DNA from: Acidimicrobiia bacterium
Lineage (GTDB): Bacteria; Actinomycetota; Acidimicrobiia; IMCC26256; JAENVU01
Direction: 5' to 3'
NCBI GenBank assembly: GCA_031422675.1
Contig: JANPMG010000169.1
Coordinates: 2,681-66,680 of the forward strand
DNA: 64,000 nt
This document shows positions 18,022 through 26,162 of this stretch, in pieces. A program made the position numbers and the translations under genes. How positions within the stretch are numbered: position 1 is the first letter of the stretch; each line of letters opens with the position of its first letter. A model generated the notes under the pieces. That model had not been told where the DNA came from. It was given only the letters and a program-made list of their open reading frames with translations, and searched no databases.

Positions 18022-18381
18022 GGGGTCAGGCTATTGGCCGGAAGACGAAATCCCGCGCCCGACGCTGGAACCGGCCGGCGCGTCGGCGGGCGCGGACGCG
18101 AGAAGACCCGACTCGCATTCCGTGCTCCCCGCACTTCCCCGAGCGGAGGGCCTTCGGCGAGCCGGGCCTTCTCAGATTCGCCACCCGTCGGTGTCGACGA
18201 CCGGCAAGTTATAACTGGACGCTACTGAAGGCAAATCACCGCAACTGAATGATCTGGAAGAACTATGGCCCCCATGAGTCGCAACGGAGCGGAGACGAAC
18301 AACTCGGTGGGGGCGCCCAAGCCCCTCGGTTCCTCGCCGTCGACCGGTTCCCCCCGGGCGACCGTACGAGCAGGACCGCAG

Positions 18382-18831
18382 CTAGCGGTAGGCAAGGGTG
18401 ACGACGGCCTGGAACCATTTCTCGGTGAGGTCGAACAGCACGCCGATGATGCGGTCCAGTTCCTCGGCCGTGAGATATTCGATCGCCACGCGTCCGGTCA
18501 GGTAGATGTCACCGTCGGGTCCGAGCGAGAACCGGGCGCCGTAGAGGTCGTGGTTCCGGCGCAGCAACCACGCGTGCAGCGCCGGGAGACGGGTCTCGTC
18601 CTCGGGTGCGGGCAGGAAGTACACCTCGTAGCGGAGCGTGCGCTGATGGAGGTCGAAGTAGATCGTGGTGGCATCCCGGCCGTCGCAACCGAAGCGCACG
18701 TACCAGCGCCGCAGCTCGGCGTCGTACTCCACGTGTTGGATCGAGGGTTCGGCCGCCACCGGTCCGAAGAGATGGTCCTGGACGAGGGCGTGCGCATCGG
18801 CCAGCGCCTGGGGATCGGGCGTCAGCGACAC
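18382..18831 (-). CDS. YbjN-like (putative sensory transduction regulator fold) protein downstream of mshA
   Basis: GTG at 18831 within the 253-aa track ORF; the upstream part of that ORF is arginine-rich out-of-frame overlap with mshA. The sequence block WYVRFGCDGRDATTIYFDL..RTLRYEVYF resembles YbjN-family proteins. Confidence 0.6.
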   Translation of the reverse strand: MSLTPDPQALADAHALVQDHLFGPVAAEPSIQHVEYDAELRRWYVRFGCDGRDATTIYFDLHQRTLRYEVYFLPAPEDETRLPALHAWLLRRNHDLYGARFSLGPDGDIYLTGRVAIEYLTAEELDRIIGVLFDLTEKWFQAVVTLAYR

Positions 18832-20054
18832 GACACCGGTTCGCGGGCCAAGAGATCGACGTAGAGGCGACGCAGCCGGGCCGCCGTCATGCTCCACGCG
18901 TAACGCCGGGACCGAGCTTCCGCGGCAACGCCCATCGCGTACGCGGCGGCCGGGTCGGCGAGTAGCTGCTCGATCCGACCCGCGAAGTCCTCCGGATCCC
19001 GACTGTCGACGAGGTAGCCGGTGATGCCGTCGTCCACCAGCGAGACGAGCCCACCGACCGCGGCGGCCACCACGGGTGTTCCACACGCGGCGGCCTCGAG
19101 CGCGACGAGACCGAAGGACTCGCTGTGGCTCGGAACCAGGCACACATCAACGGCGCGGTAGTACCGAGCCAGATCCGCGTGGGACTGGGGTGGCACGAAT
19201 CGCACCCGATCCGCGACGCCGAGCTTCGCGGCGAGTTCGTGAAGCCGTTCGAGTTCTTGATCGCCGTCGGGGCCGCTCGGGCCCCCCACCACCAACAGCA
19301 CCGACGCCGAATCGCGCAGTTCCGCCAGGGATTGGACGGCCAGATCGGCGCCCTTGAGCGGCTGGATCCGGCCCGCGAACAACAACACCGGCTCGTCGCC
19401 GAGGCCGAGCGCGCGCCGCTCCGCATCCCGCTGCCGGGGCTCGACCGCGTGGAAGATCTCGTGATCCACACCCGGGGGAACGATCTCGATCCGCTCCGGG
19501 GGCGCGGCGTACAACAGCTCGAGCTGATCGCGTTCGGAGGCGGTGGACGCGAGCATGAGATCGGCGCAGTTCACGATCTCGTGCTCCACCCGTGCCCGCA
19601 GCTCGGGGTCGTCATCGATCCCGGCGTCGGCCTTCACGCGCGCCAAGGTGTGAAAGGTGGCGACGAGCGGCAGATCCAGCTCGTGCTTCAACCGGTGACC
19701 GACGGCGCCGGACAACCAGTAGTTCGCGTGGATCGCGTCGTAGCGCGCCCCGCGCTCGACCAGGCCCAGCGTGGCGTTCACCATCGGCTCCACGAGCTCG
19801 ATCAGATCGTGCTTCGAGACCGGGCCGGTCGGGCCGGCGTCGAGGTGAATCACCCGGAACCCGGGCTCGACCTCGACCGCGTCGGGCTGGTCTGAGTGCT
19901 CGCGCCGGACCAGGACGTCGCATTCAACGCCGGCGCGCGCCAACGCGGATGCCAGCGCCCGGACGTACACGCTCATGCCCCCGCCGTCACCCGCGCCAGG
20001 CTGGGCAAGTGGGGAGCTGTGAACGGACAGGACGGCAAGACGGCGAATGTTCAT
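18822..20054 (-). CDS. mshA: D-inositol-3-phosphate glycosyltransferase (mycothiol biosynthesis)
   Basis: RLAVLSVHSSPLAQPGAGDGGGMSVYV N-terminus, typical of MshA, and a GT4 C-terminal EsFGLValEA motif. Start placed at MNIRRLAV. Confidence 0.85.
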   Translation of the reverse strand: MNIRRLAVLSVHSSPLAQPGAGDGGGMSVYVRALASALARAGVECDVLVRREHSDQPDAVEVEPGFRVIHLDAGPTGPVSKHDLIELVEPMVNATLGLVERGARYDAIHANYWLSGAVGHRLKHELDLPLVATFHTLARVKADAGIDDDPELRARVEHEIVNCADLMLASTASERDQLELLYAAPPERIEIVPPGVDHEIFHAVEPRQRDAERRALGLGDEPVLLFAGRIQPLKGADLAVQSLAELRDSASVLLVVGGPSGPDGDQELERLHELAAKLGVADRVRFVPPQSHADLARYYRAVDVCLVPSHSESFGLVALEAAACGTPVVAAAVGGLVSLVDDGITGYLVDSRDPEDFAGRIEQLLADPAAAYAMGVAAEARSRRYAWSMTAARLRRLYVDLLAREPVSCR

Positions 20055-20137
20055 GGGGTCTGGCGATCCTAACGTCACGGCCCCTGCGACCATTCCTGGC
20101 GCCTATGGGCCCAGTTCCGGCGGGGCCAGTCCGTCGG

Positions 20138-20485
20138 TCAGCCGGTGAACGATCGGTAGACGTCGACGAGGGTTTGCTTCTGACGTTCGGTGATCGTCGT
20201 GTCCGCCATGATCGCCGCCACCAGGTCCGAATCAGGCTTCTCGTCGAGAATGCCGGCGCGCACGTACAGCGTCTCGGCCGAGATCCGCAGCCCCTTGGCG
20301 ATGCCCTGGAGGATCTCGGCCGACGGCTTGCGCAGACCGCGCTCGATCTGACTGAGGTACGGGTTCGAGATCCCGGCGAGTTCGCTCAGCTTGCGCAGCG
20401 ACAGCCGATCGGAACGCCGCTGGTCACGAATGAACTCACCGAGATCGCGCAGCCGAGCTTCGACGGCATCGGTGGGTGCGCTCAT
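20138..20485 (-). CDS. XRE-family helix-turn-helix transcriptional regulator
   Basis: LSLRKLSELAGISNPYLSQIERGLRKPSAEIL HTH_3 motif. The start overlaps the stop of the upstream RsiG-like gene. Confidence 0.85.
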   Translation of the reverse strand: MSAPTDAVEARLRDLGEFIRDQRRSDRLSLRKLSELAGISNPYLSQIERGLRKPSAEILQGIAKGLRISAETLYVRAGILDEKPDSDLVAAIMADTTITERQKQTLVDVYRSFTG

Positions 20486-21000
20486 CCCGGCGAGTTCGGC
20501 GCCAATCGCTCGGCGACTTCGTGGGTCAGCGAGTCGATCACGGCGTGGAGCGAACGGCGGCGGACGGAGAGGTCCTGTTCGAGCTCGCGCAGCTGGCCGA
20601 GCGTGGCCTGGAGTTCGGCTTCAGTCAGGTTCGGAAGATTGACCAACGTGGCGTCCGAGACCAGCCGCTCGACGCCCCGGTTCCATTCGATCCCGGCGGC
20701 CGGAGCGAGCACCGACTGCGCGCGGGTGTGCGCGGGGTCGCTACGCGCACCGTCGTCGGCGAGGATCTCGGGCAGCTTCGCGATGAGGTCGCCCAACGTC
20801 CCGCCCGCAGCGCGGCGGTCTCGCTCGGCCTCCAGGATGTCGATCCGACCCTGGGCCAACCGGCGCACGTACGAGATCTCGGTCTCGACCTCAAGGCACT
20901 CACGCTCCATGGCATGGAGCTCGTCGACGGAGTGCGCGCCAAGCCCGTCGGCATAGGCGGGGCCAAGAATTCGGTCGATACGGCGGACATGTTGAGCCAT
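20482..21000 (-). CDS. RsiG-like protein carrying c-di-GMP-binding helix motifs
   Basis: ATG at 21000 (MAQHVRRIDR). ETEISYVRRLAQGRID fits E(X)3S(X)2R(X)3Q(X)3D exactly. EQDLSVRRRSLHAVID fits with Q replaced by H. Confidence 0.6.
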   Translation of the reverse strand: MAQHVRRIDRILGPAYADGLGAHSVDELHAMERECLEVETEISYVRRLAQGRIDILEAERDRRAAGGTLGDLIAKLPEILADDGARSDPAHTRAQSVLAPAAGIEWNRGVERLVSDATLVNLPNLTEAELQATLGQLRELEQDLSVRRRSLHAVIDSLTHEVAERLAPNSPG

Positions 21001-21080
21001 CGGGATGAGGCTACCGCGCCGCCCGGAATGAACCCGACCCCCGTGGGGTAAGCATGCACAACCCCCGATCAGGAGTCCCC

Positions 21081-21692
21081 ATGGCCGCCTATACCCTGCC
21101 CGAACTTCCCTACGACCTCGCTGCCCTCGAGCCGCACTACTCTGCCGAAGTCCTGGAGCTCCATCACCACAAACACCACGCGGCCTACGTCGACGGCGCC
21201 AACACCGCGCTCGACAAACTCGACGACGCCCGATCATCGGACGACTACGGATCGATCAACCAGCTCCAGAAGAACTTGGCGTTCCATCTCTCGGGCCACG
21301 TTCTGCACTCGATGTTCTGGGAGAACCTCTCGCCCGACGGCGGCGGCGAGCCCGACGGTGACCTCGTGGCCGCGATCAACGACGGCTTCGGCAGCCTGGG
21401 CCACTTTCGCAGCCAGATGAATCAGGCGGCGCTGAACGTGCAGGGGTCGGGTTGGGGTGCCCTGACCTGGGAACCGCTGGGGCAGCGCCTCATCATCGAG
21501 CAGATCTACGACCACCAGAGCAACGTGGGCCAGGGTGCGCCACCGCTGCTCGTGCTCGACATGTGGGAGCACGCCTACTACTTGCAGTACCGGAACGTGA
21601 AGGCCGACTGGGTCGAGGCCTACTGGCGGATCGTCAACTGGCCGGATGTTGCGCAGCGCTTCGAACGGGCGCGTACCCTCGAACTCCTCTGA
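21081..21692 (+). CDS. sodA: Fe/Mn superoxide dismutase
   Basis: [16 protein letters not shown], HHxKHH and DMWEHAYY motifs. AGGAG sits 6 nt upstream of the ATG at 21081. Confidence 0.9.
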   Translation: MAAYTLPELPYDLAALEPHYSAEVLELHHHKHHAAYVDGANTALDKLDDARSSDDYGSINQLQKNLAFHLSGHVLHSMFWENLSPDGGGEPDGDLVAAINDGFGSLGHFRSQMNQAALNVQGSGWGALTWEPLGQRLIIEQIYDHQSNVGQGAPPLLVLDMWEHAYYLQYRNVKADWVEAYWRIVNWPDVAQRFERARTLELL

Positions 21693-21756
21693 TCGAGGTC
21701 CGAACCACCCCAGGACGGCCATCCGCCTCCGAACGACCATCCGCCCCCGGGCGACC

Positions 21757-22542
21757 ATGACCGGCGACGTCCTCATCGGCGCGGCCGTCGCGATAGTCGG
21801 CCTCATGCTCGGCACATGGCTGTTGAGCTTGGTCTGGAGCGACGCGTCGATCGTGGACCCGGTGTGGCCACTCGGTTTCGTCATCGTGGTCTGGGTGACG
21901 CGATTGATTGCCGACGGCAACGACGCGCGCCAGTGGCTACTCGTCGCCATGGTGACGCTGTGGGGGCTGCGGCTCTCGGGCTATCTCGCGGCGCGGAAGC
22001 GGGGCGCGCCCGAGGACTTCCGGTACCAGGCGATGCGCCGCCACTACGGCCCGCGCTTCGGGATCGTCAGCCTCGTCACCGTCTTCGCGCTCCAGGGCGG
22101 GCTGATGTGGGTGGTGTCACTGCCTGCCACGCTCGGACAGGTGCGAGCGGAGCCGGACCTTGGCGCGCTGGCCATCCTCGGTGCACTGATCTGGCTGCTC
22201 GGATTCACTTTCGAGACCGTGGGTGACGCGCAGCTGGCCCGCTTCAAAGCGCGCCCCGACAGCGCGGGTCAGGTGATGGACCAGGGCCTCTGGCGCTATA
22301 CCCGCCACCCCAACTATTTCGGTGATGCGTGCGTGTGGTGGGGTGTCGCGTTGGTCGCCGCCGAGACCGGTCTCGGTGCGATCGGCATCCTCGGCGCGTT
22401 GGTCATGACGGTGTTGCTCGTGCGGGTGTCCGGGGTACCGATGCTCGAACGCACGATGGCCAAGCGCCGCCCCGGGTACGCCGAGTACGTCGCCCGTACC
22501 AGTGCATTCATCCCGCGCCCGCCCAAGCCAGGCTCCGCCTGA
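21757..22542 (+). CDS. DUF1295 / steroid 5-alpha-reductase-like membrane protein
   Basis: GLWRYTRHPNYFGD motif and multiple TM helices. Start at MTGDVLIG. Confidence 0.75.
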   Translation: MTGDVLIGAAVAIVGLMLGTWLLSLVWSDASIVDPVWPLGFVIVVWVTRLIADGNDARQWLLVAMVTLWGLRLSGYLAARKRGAPEDFRYQAMRRHYGPRFGIVSLVTVFALQGGLMWVVSLPATLGQVRAEPDLGALAILGALIWLLGFTFETVGDAQLARFKARPDSAGQVMDQGLWRYTRHPNYFGDACVWWGVALVAAETGLGAIGILGALVMTVLLVRVSGVPMLERTMAKRRPGYAEYVARTSAFIPRPPKPGSA

Positions 22543-22543
22543 C

Positions 22544-22801
22544 ATGGCCATCGTCCGCATCGCCTTGTTCGCGTTCGGGTACCCGGTATCGATCCTGGTC
22601 ATCGCGCGCTTCGTCCCCGTCGTGCGGGAACGACGGCTTCGGTGGATCGTCTGGCATCAGGGCGCAGTCGGCGCAATCGTGCTCGGGTATGTCCTCTCCT
22701 CCGACTGGCGCGCCGTCGCGATCAACGGCACCTGGTTCGTCGTCGCGGCGACCTGGTACGTGCTCGGTGGCCGAGGGACGGTTCGCGCCAAGACGAAATG
22801 A
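22544..22801 (+). CDS. Small three-TM membrane protein, function unknown
   Basis: ATG 1 nt after the DUF1295 stop. Hydrophobic helices and coding-like GC3. Confidence 0.45.
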   Translation: MAIVRIALFAFGYPVSILVIARFVPVVRERRLRWIVWHQGAVGAIVLGYVLSSDWRAVAINGTWFVVAATWYVLGGRGTVRAKTK

Positions 22802-22818
22802 CCCGCGCTCGAACCGAT

Positions 22819-23067
22819 TCAGCCGCCGCTCACGGGTGGGAGCACCGCAACTTCACTCCCGTCGGCCAGGACGGTCGCGTCGCCCTCGCGCGGCTCCTCA
22901 CCGTCGACCCAGACCCGCGCGGTATCGAGGACGGCGGCGAAGTCCGCGCCGAAGCGAGCGCGCGCGGCGTCGAGCACGTCCCCGACGGTGTTGGCCTCGA
23001 CACTGACCGCGGCACACCCGGCGGCCTCACGAGCGGCGGCGAACAGTCGCAACGAAACCGTCGCCAT
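22819..23067 (-). CDS. moaD: MoaD/ThiS-family sulfur-carrier protein
   Basis: 82 aa with a beta-grasp-like sequence ending in VAVLPPVSGG (C-terminal Gly-Gly). Confidence 0.75.
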   Translation of the reverse strand: MATVSLRLFAAAREAAGCAAVSVEANTVGDVLDAARARFGADFAAVLDTARVWVDGEEPREGDATVLADGSEVAVLPPVSGG

Positions 23068-23078
23068 CTCGTTCGCCT

Positions 23079-23138
23079 GCGATCCAGCCCGAGATCCAGC
23101 CCGCGATCTAGTCCGCTATCTAGTCCGCGATCTCCACG
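23079..23138. repeat. Five tandem 12-bp units (gcgatccagccc, gagatccagccc, gcgatctagtcc, gctatctagtcc, gcgatctccacg)
   Basis: Read directly. The array fills the gap between the moaD start (23067) and the MaoC-gene stop (23120..23122), and the stop codon lies inside unit 4. Confidence 0.85.
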
Positions 23139-24157
23139 AGGCCGTCCTTGATCACGACATCACCGTCGCCGTTGCGGGTCTCGAACCCGAAGACCGGGTG
23201 ACCGTCGTTCTCGCCCGTGGCCCAGAACGTGGTGGTGATCTCCTGACCCGGAAGCACGGGCCGTGAGAAGCGCACGGCCAGGCGGCGCAACCGGGTGGAG
23301 TCGCCCTCGCACAGCTCGGTCACCGCGGCCACCGACGTGAACGCCATCGTGCAGAGACCGTGGATGATGATCCCCGGTAGACCGACGGACTTCGCGATCT
23401 CCGCGTCGAGATGGATCGGCATCGTGTCACCGGACGCCTCGGCGTAGCGGTAGGTCTGGTCCGTATCGAGCTGCTGGGTCACGGTCGCCACCGGTCCCGC
23501 GGTCTTGGCGTTGCCGTCGAGCTTGTGGGGCGGGGCTTCTTCGCCCGCTCCGTCGCCGTCACTGACGCCCCGGAAGAACGAGGTCATGTACTGCTCGACC
23601 ACGAGCGCGCCGGACTCGTCATGGGTCTCGACCTTCACGACCACCGACGTGCCGTTGGGCTTGACGTGCACACCGATCGGTGCGGCCTTCGATCGCAGCA
23701 CCGAACCGGGGACGATCGGCTGATGGAAACGCATGTCCTGCTCACCGTGGACGACGAGCATCAGCACTTCGGGCGGAACGATGCCCGCCATCGCCCCGGC
23801 CATCGTGTCCCAGATCGGGACGACCGCGAAAACCGGCGGCGCGATCTCACCGGCGACGTGGGCAGGGATCGGGTCGTTCGTGGCCGCGGCGTACGCCTTC
23901 GCGCGATCGGCCTCGACCTTGAACTCAGGTCCCTCCGTCCATTGACCCAGTCGATCGATTCCGAAACCCATCGCATGCTCCTCGCTCGGTTGCGGGCCGG
24001 ACGGTTGCGGGCCGGACTGTAGCGGGCCGGAATCCTCGCCCGCCTCGATCCGCTCCACCGCCCGTTCGATGTCGGCGAGCTCCGATTCGAGCGAGTCGAG
24101 CACGCTCAGATCGGTTGGCTCCGGGGTGTCATCGGCTGACGCGCCTGCGCTGTCCAT
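23120..24157 (-). CDS. Double hot-dog MaoC-like (R)-hydratase/dehydratase with an acidic N-terminal extension
   Basis: The hot-dog core begins at MGFGIDRLGQW (ATG 23971). The in-frame upstream 62 codons from ATG 24157 have coding-like GC3 and no stop. The C-terminal half carries the MaoC motif (IHLD..AK..GLPGIIIHG). Confidence 0.7.
   Translation of the reverse strand: MDSAGASADDTPEPTDLSVLDSLESELADIERAVERIEAGEDSGPLQSGPQPSGPQPSEEHAMGFGIDRLGQWTEGPEFKVEADRAKAYAAATNDPIPAHVAGEIAPPVFAVVPIWDTMAGAMAGIVPPEVLMLVVHGEQDMRFHQPIVPGSVLRSKAAPIGVHVKPNGTSVVVKVETHDESGALVVEQYMTSFFRGVSDGDGAGEEAPPHKLDGNAKTAGPVATVTQQLDTDQTYRYAEASGDTMPIHLDAEIAKSVGLPGIIIHGLCTMAFTSVAAVTELCEGDSTRLRRLAVRFSRPVLPGQEITTTFWATGENDGHPVFGFETRNGDGDVVIKDGLVEIAD
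23988..24032. repeat. Three tandem 15-bp units (ggttgcgggccggac x2, tgtagcgggccggaa) encoding (SGPQP)-type repeats
   Basis: Read directly. Located in the linker between the acidic extension and the hot-dog core. Confidence 0.85.
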
Positions 24158-24182
24158 CGCGGCGACGATAGTGGCGCCTCGA

Positions 24183-24797
24183 TTATCGGGCCTGCAACTC
24201 GAGCAGCTCGGCGGCCTCGTCCAGCGCACCGACGATCCGGTTTAGTCGCTCGGCGGGGTCGTCCTCGCGCAGGACCTCGAGCACGTCCATCGGACCGATC
24301 GGCGCCATCGCGATCGCGTCCCAACCGGCCTGGATCGGATCGTCCGCCAGCACGATCTCGCCGTCCACCTCGGCACCGAGGGCGCGGGCCGCGGCGACGA
24401 CCCGGGCCATGCCGGCGACCACCTGCTCCCGTCGAGCCAGTGCGTCGGCACCCGCCGCCGGGTCGACGAGCACCTCGACCTCGGCACGCGGGAACGGCGC
24501 ATCCGCCAGCCAGGCCGTCACCCGGCAGCGGGCGGTACCGACGCAGGTCAACGCATACCGACCGTCGGGAAACTCCGCCATCTCGACGATTCGGGCCACC
24601 GTTCCCACGTCGAATCGGATGTCATCACCCCCGACCTCGGAACCGCGCTCGATGAGGACCACACCAAACGAGCGGTCGCCGGCGAGACACGCATCGACCA
24701 GGGCGCGGTAGCGCGGCTCGAAGACGTGAAGCGGCAACATCTGACCTGGGACCAGCGCCGTACCGAGTGGGAACATCGGGAGCTCCATCAGTTGCAC
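24183..24797 (-). CDS. Lon N-terminal (LON substrate-binding) domain protein
   Basis: LPMFPLGTALVPGQMLPLHVFEPRYRALV matches the Lon-N domain start. No ATPase or protease part. Confidence 0.75.
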   Translation of the reverse strand: MQLMELPMFPLGTALVPGQMLPLHVFEPRYRALVDACLAGDRSFGVVLIERGSEVGGDDIRFDVGTVARIVEMAEFPDGRYALTCVGTARCRVTAWLADAPFPRAEVEVLVDPAAGADALARREQVVAGMARVVAAARALGAEVDGEIVLADDPIQAGWDAIAMAPIGPMDVLEVLREDDPAERLNRIVGALDEAAELLELQAR

Positions 24798-25621
24798 CGC
24801 GATCGGTAGGCGATGGCTTGTTGCTCGAACGCGTCCCGAGTTGCAGACGAACTCGTGCTGGCCAGCGCGTCGAGCACTGCGGCGGCCTCACCGAATGCAC
24901 CAACCGATGCCAGCACCTCGGCGGTGCTGCGGCGCGCGTCGACCGGAAGCTCTGGGAACGCGAGCCGCAGCTGCGCGGCCCATCGCGCGTCCGGCGAGCG
25001 CCGGGTGGCGTAGGTGTGGGCGAGGTTGGTCACCATGCGCAGCAGGATCAGCCGCGTCGGCGTGGGCGCGAGCATCGACCCGTCGAACTGCGCCCGGTCA
25101 CCGAACTGAGCTCGGAACCGCGCCCGACACGCGTCGCGATCGAGGACCGCACCGGCGTGGAACGGATCGATGAACTCGGTGGCGACGTCACCCGGCGGTG
25201 GTGGCGGACCGACCCCGACGATGAAGTGGCCGGGCATCCCCACGCCGTGGAGCACCACACCGATCCGGCGGCCGACCTCGATCATCAGCACGCTCAACGT
25301 GATCGGAAGGCCGAGGCGTCGATCCATCACGTCGGGGAGGAAGGAGTTGCGCGGATCGCCGTAGTCGTTCGTGTTGCCCGCGAAGGACCAGTCGACGAAC
25401 AGAATCCGCGCCAGCCCGGCGGCCGTTCGCGCGTCGGGGCGGTCGAGCGCGTTCCCGGCGAGCTCGTCCAATCGAGCGAGGCCCGCGTCGACGTCGGTGC
25501 CGGTGACAGTAGAGGTCTCAGTGGCCGTGGCGGCGATCAGCAGCGCGCCTTCATCGAGCGGTGGATCGGAATCGGGATCAGCCACCAACGATCGGAATCG
25601 CGCCGCCGCGTCGGCATCCAT
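24788..25621 (-). CDS. SirB1/YchA-like transglutaminase-fold plus TPR protein
   Basis: DPRNSFLPDVMDRRLGLPITLSVLMIEVGRRIGV..GMPGHFIV block, typical of the family. 10-nt overlap with the Lon-N gene. Confidence 0.65.
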   Translation of the reverse strand: MDADAAARFRSLVADPDSDPPLDEGALLIAATATETSTVTGTDVDAGLARLDELAGNALDRPDARTAAGLARILFVDWSFAGNTNDYGDPRNSFLPDVMDRRLGLPITLSVLMIEVGRRIGVVLHGVGMPGHFIVGVGPPPPPGDVATEFIDPFHAGAVLDRDACRARFRAQFGDRAQFDGSMLAPTPTRLILLRMVTNLAHTYATRRSPDARWAAQLRLAFPELPVDARRSTAEVLASVGAFGEAAAVLDALASTSSSATRDAFEQQAIAYRSRCN

Positions 25622-25678
25622 GTCATCGATCGTAGGACCACGCCGCCAGTCGGACTTCGGTCACGTACGCTCGGCCCC

Positions 25679-26128
25679 GTGCCGCCGACGCCTGCCGACC
25701 ACGAGCTGCGCGACACCGTCGCCCGCCGACTCCGAACCGACGGCCAGCGCGTGACGGCGGCCCGGGCCGCGCTCGTCGACGTACTCGCCCGTGCCGATCG
25801 CCCGCTCACGATCCCCGAGATCCAGGGTCACGCGCCCGCGTTGGCGACGAGTTCCGCGTACCGCAATCTGTCCGTGCTGGAAGCGGCCGGGGTCGTGCAC
25901 CGGATCGTCACCAACACCGATCACGCTCGATACGAACTCGCCGAGGATCTCACCGGCCACCACCACCACCTGATCTGTTCAGGGTGCGGTGCCGTCGAGG
26001 ATGTTCCCGCGTCCGGTCGGTTGGAGGAGTCGGTGAAGAAAGCAGCCGACGAGATCGCGCGACGGACCGGGTTCCGGACCCAACATCACCGCGTCGACCT
26101 CGTCGGCCTCTGTCACCGCTGCGGCTAG
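25679..26128 (+). CDS. Fur-family metalloregulator (Zur/Fur type)
   Basis: Only the last 150 codons of the 453-aa track ORF look real. Winged-helix N-terminus, HHHHLICSGCG and CHRCG metal-site motifs. GTG start is provisional. Confidence 0.75.
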   Translation: MPPTPADHELRDTVARRLRTDGQRVTAARAALVDVLARADRPLTIPEIQGHAPALATSSAYRNLSVLEAAGVVHRIVTNTDHARYELAEDLTGHHHHLICSGCGAVEDVPASGRLEESVKKAADEIARRTGFRTQHHRVDLVGLCHRCG

Positions 26129-26162
26129 CGACGCACGCCGGCAGGCCCGTTCGACCCGCGCG

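Noticed and set aside
18265-18864. 199-aa plus-strand ORF starting in the proC upstream spacer.
   Set aside because: Beyond its first ~40 codons it is the exact antisense frame of the YbjN-like gene, and it has no recognisable domain.
23079-23138. CRISPR-like array (also considered for the repeats at 27392..27445, 34602..34661 and 46927..46974).
   Set aside because: The units are 12-15 bp and directly abutting, with no spacers, and there are no cas genes. These are simple tandem repeats.
22819-24157. Functional link between the MaoC hydratase and the MoaD-like sulfur carrier, such as a thiocarboxylate pathway.
   Set aside because: No activating enzyme (MoeB/ThiF-like), JAMM protease or sulfur-transfer enzyme is adjacent. 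Adjacency alone is insufficient evidence.
24767-26128. 453-aa plus-strand ORF that appears to be one large gene.
   Set aside because: Only the last ~150 codons (from about 25679) form a Fur-family protein. The upstream two thirds are the antisense frame of the SirB1-like gene (24788..25621).
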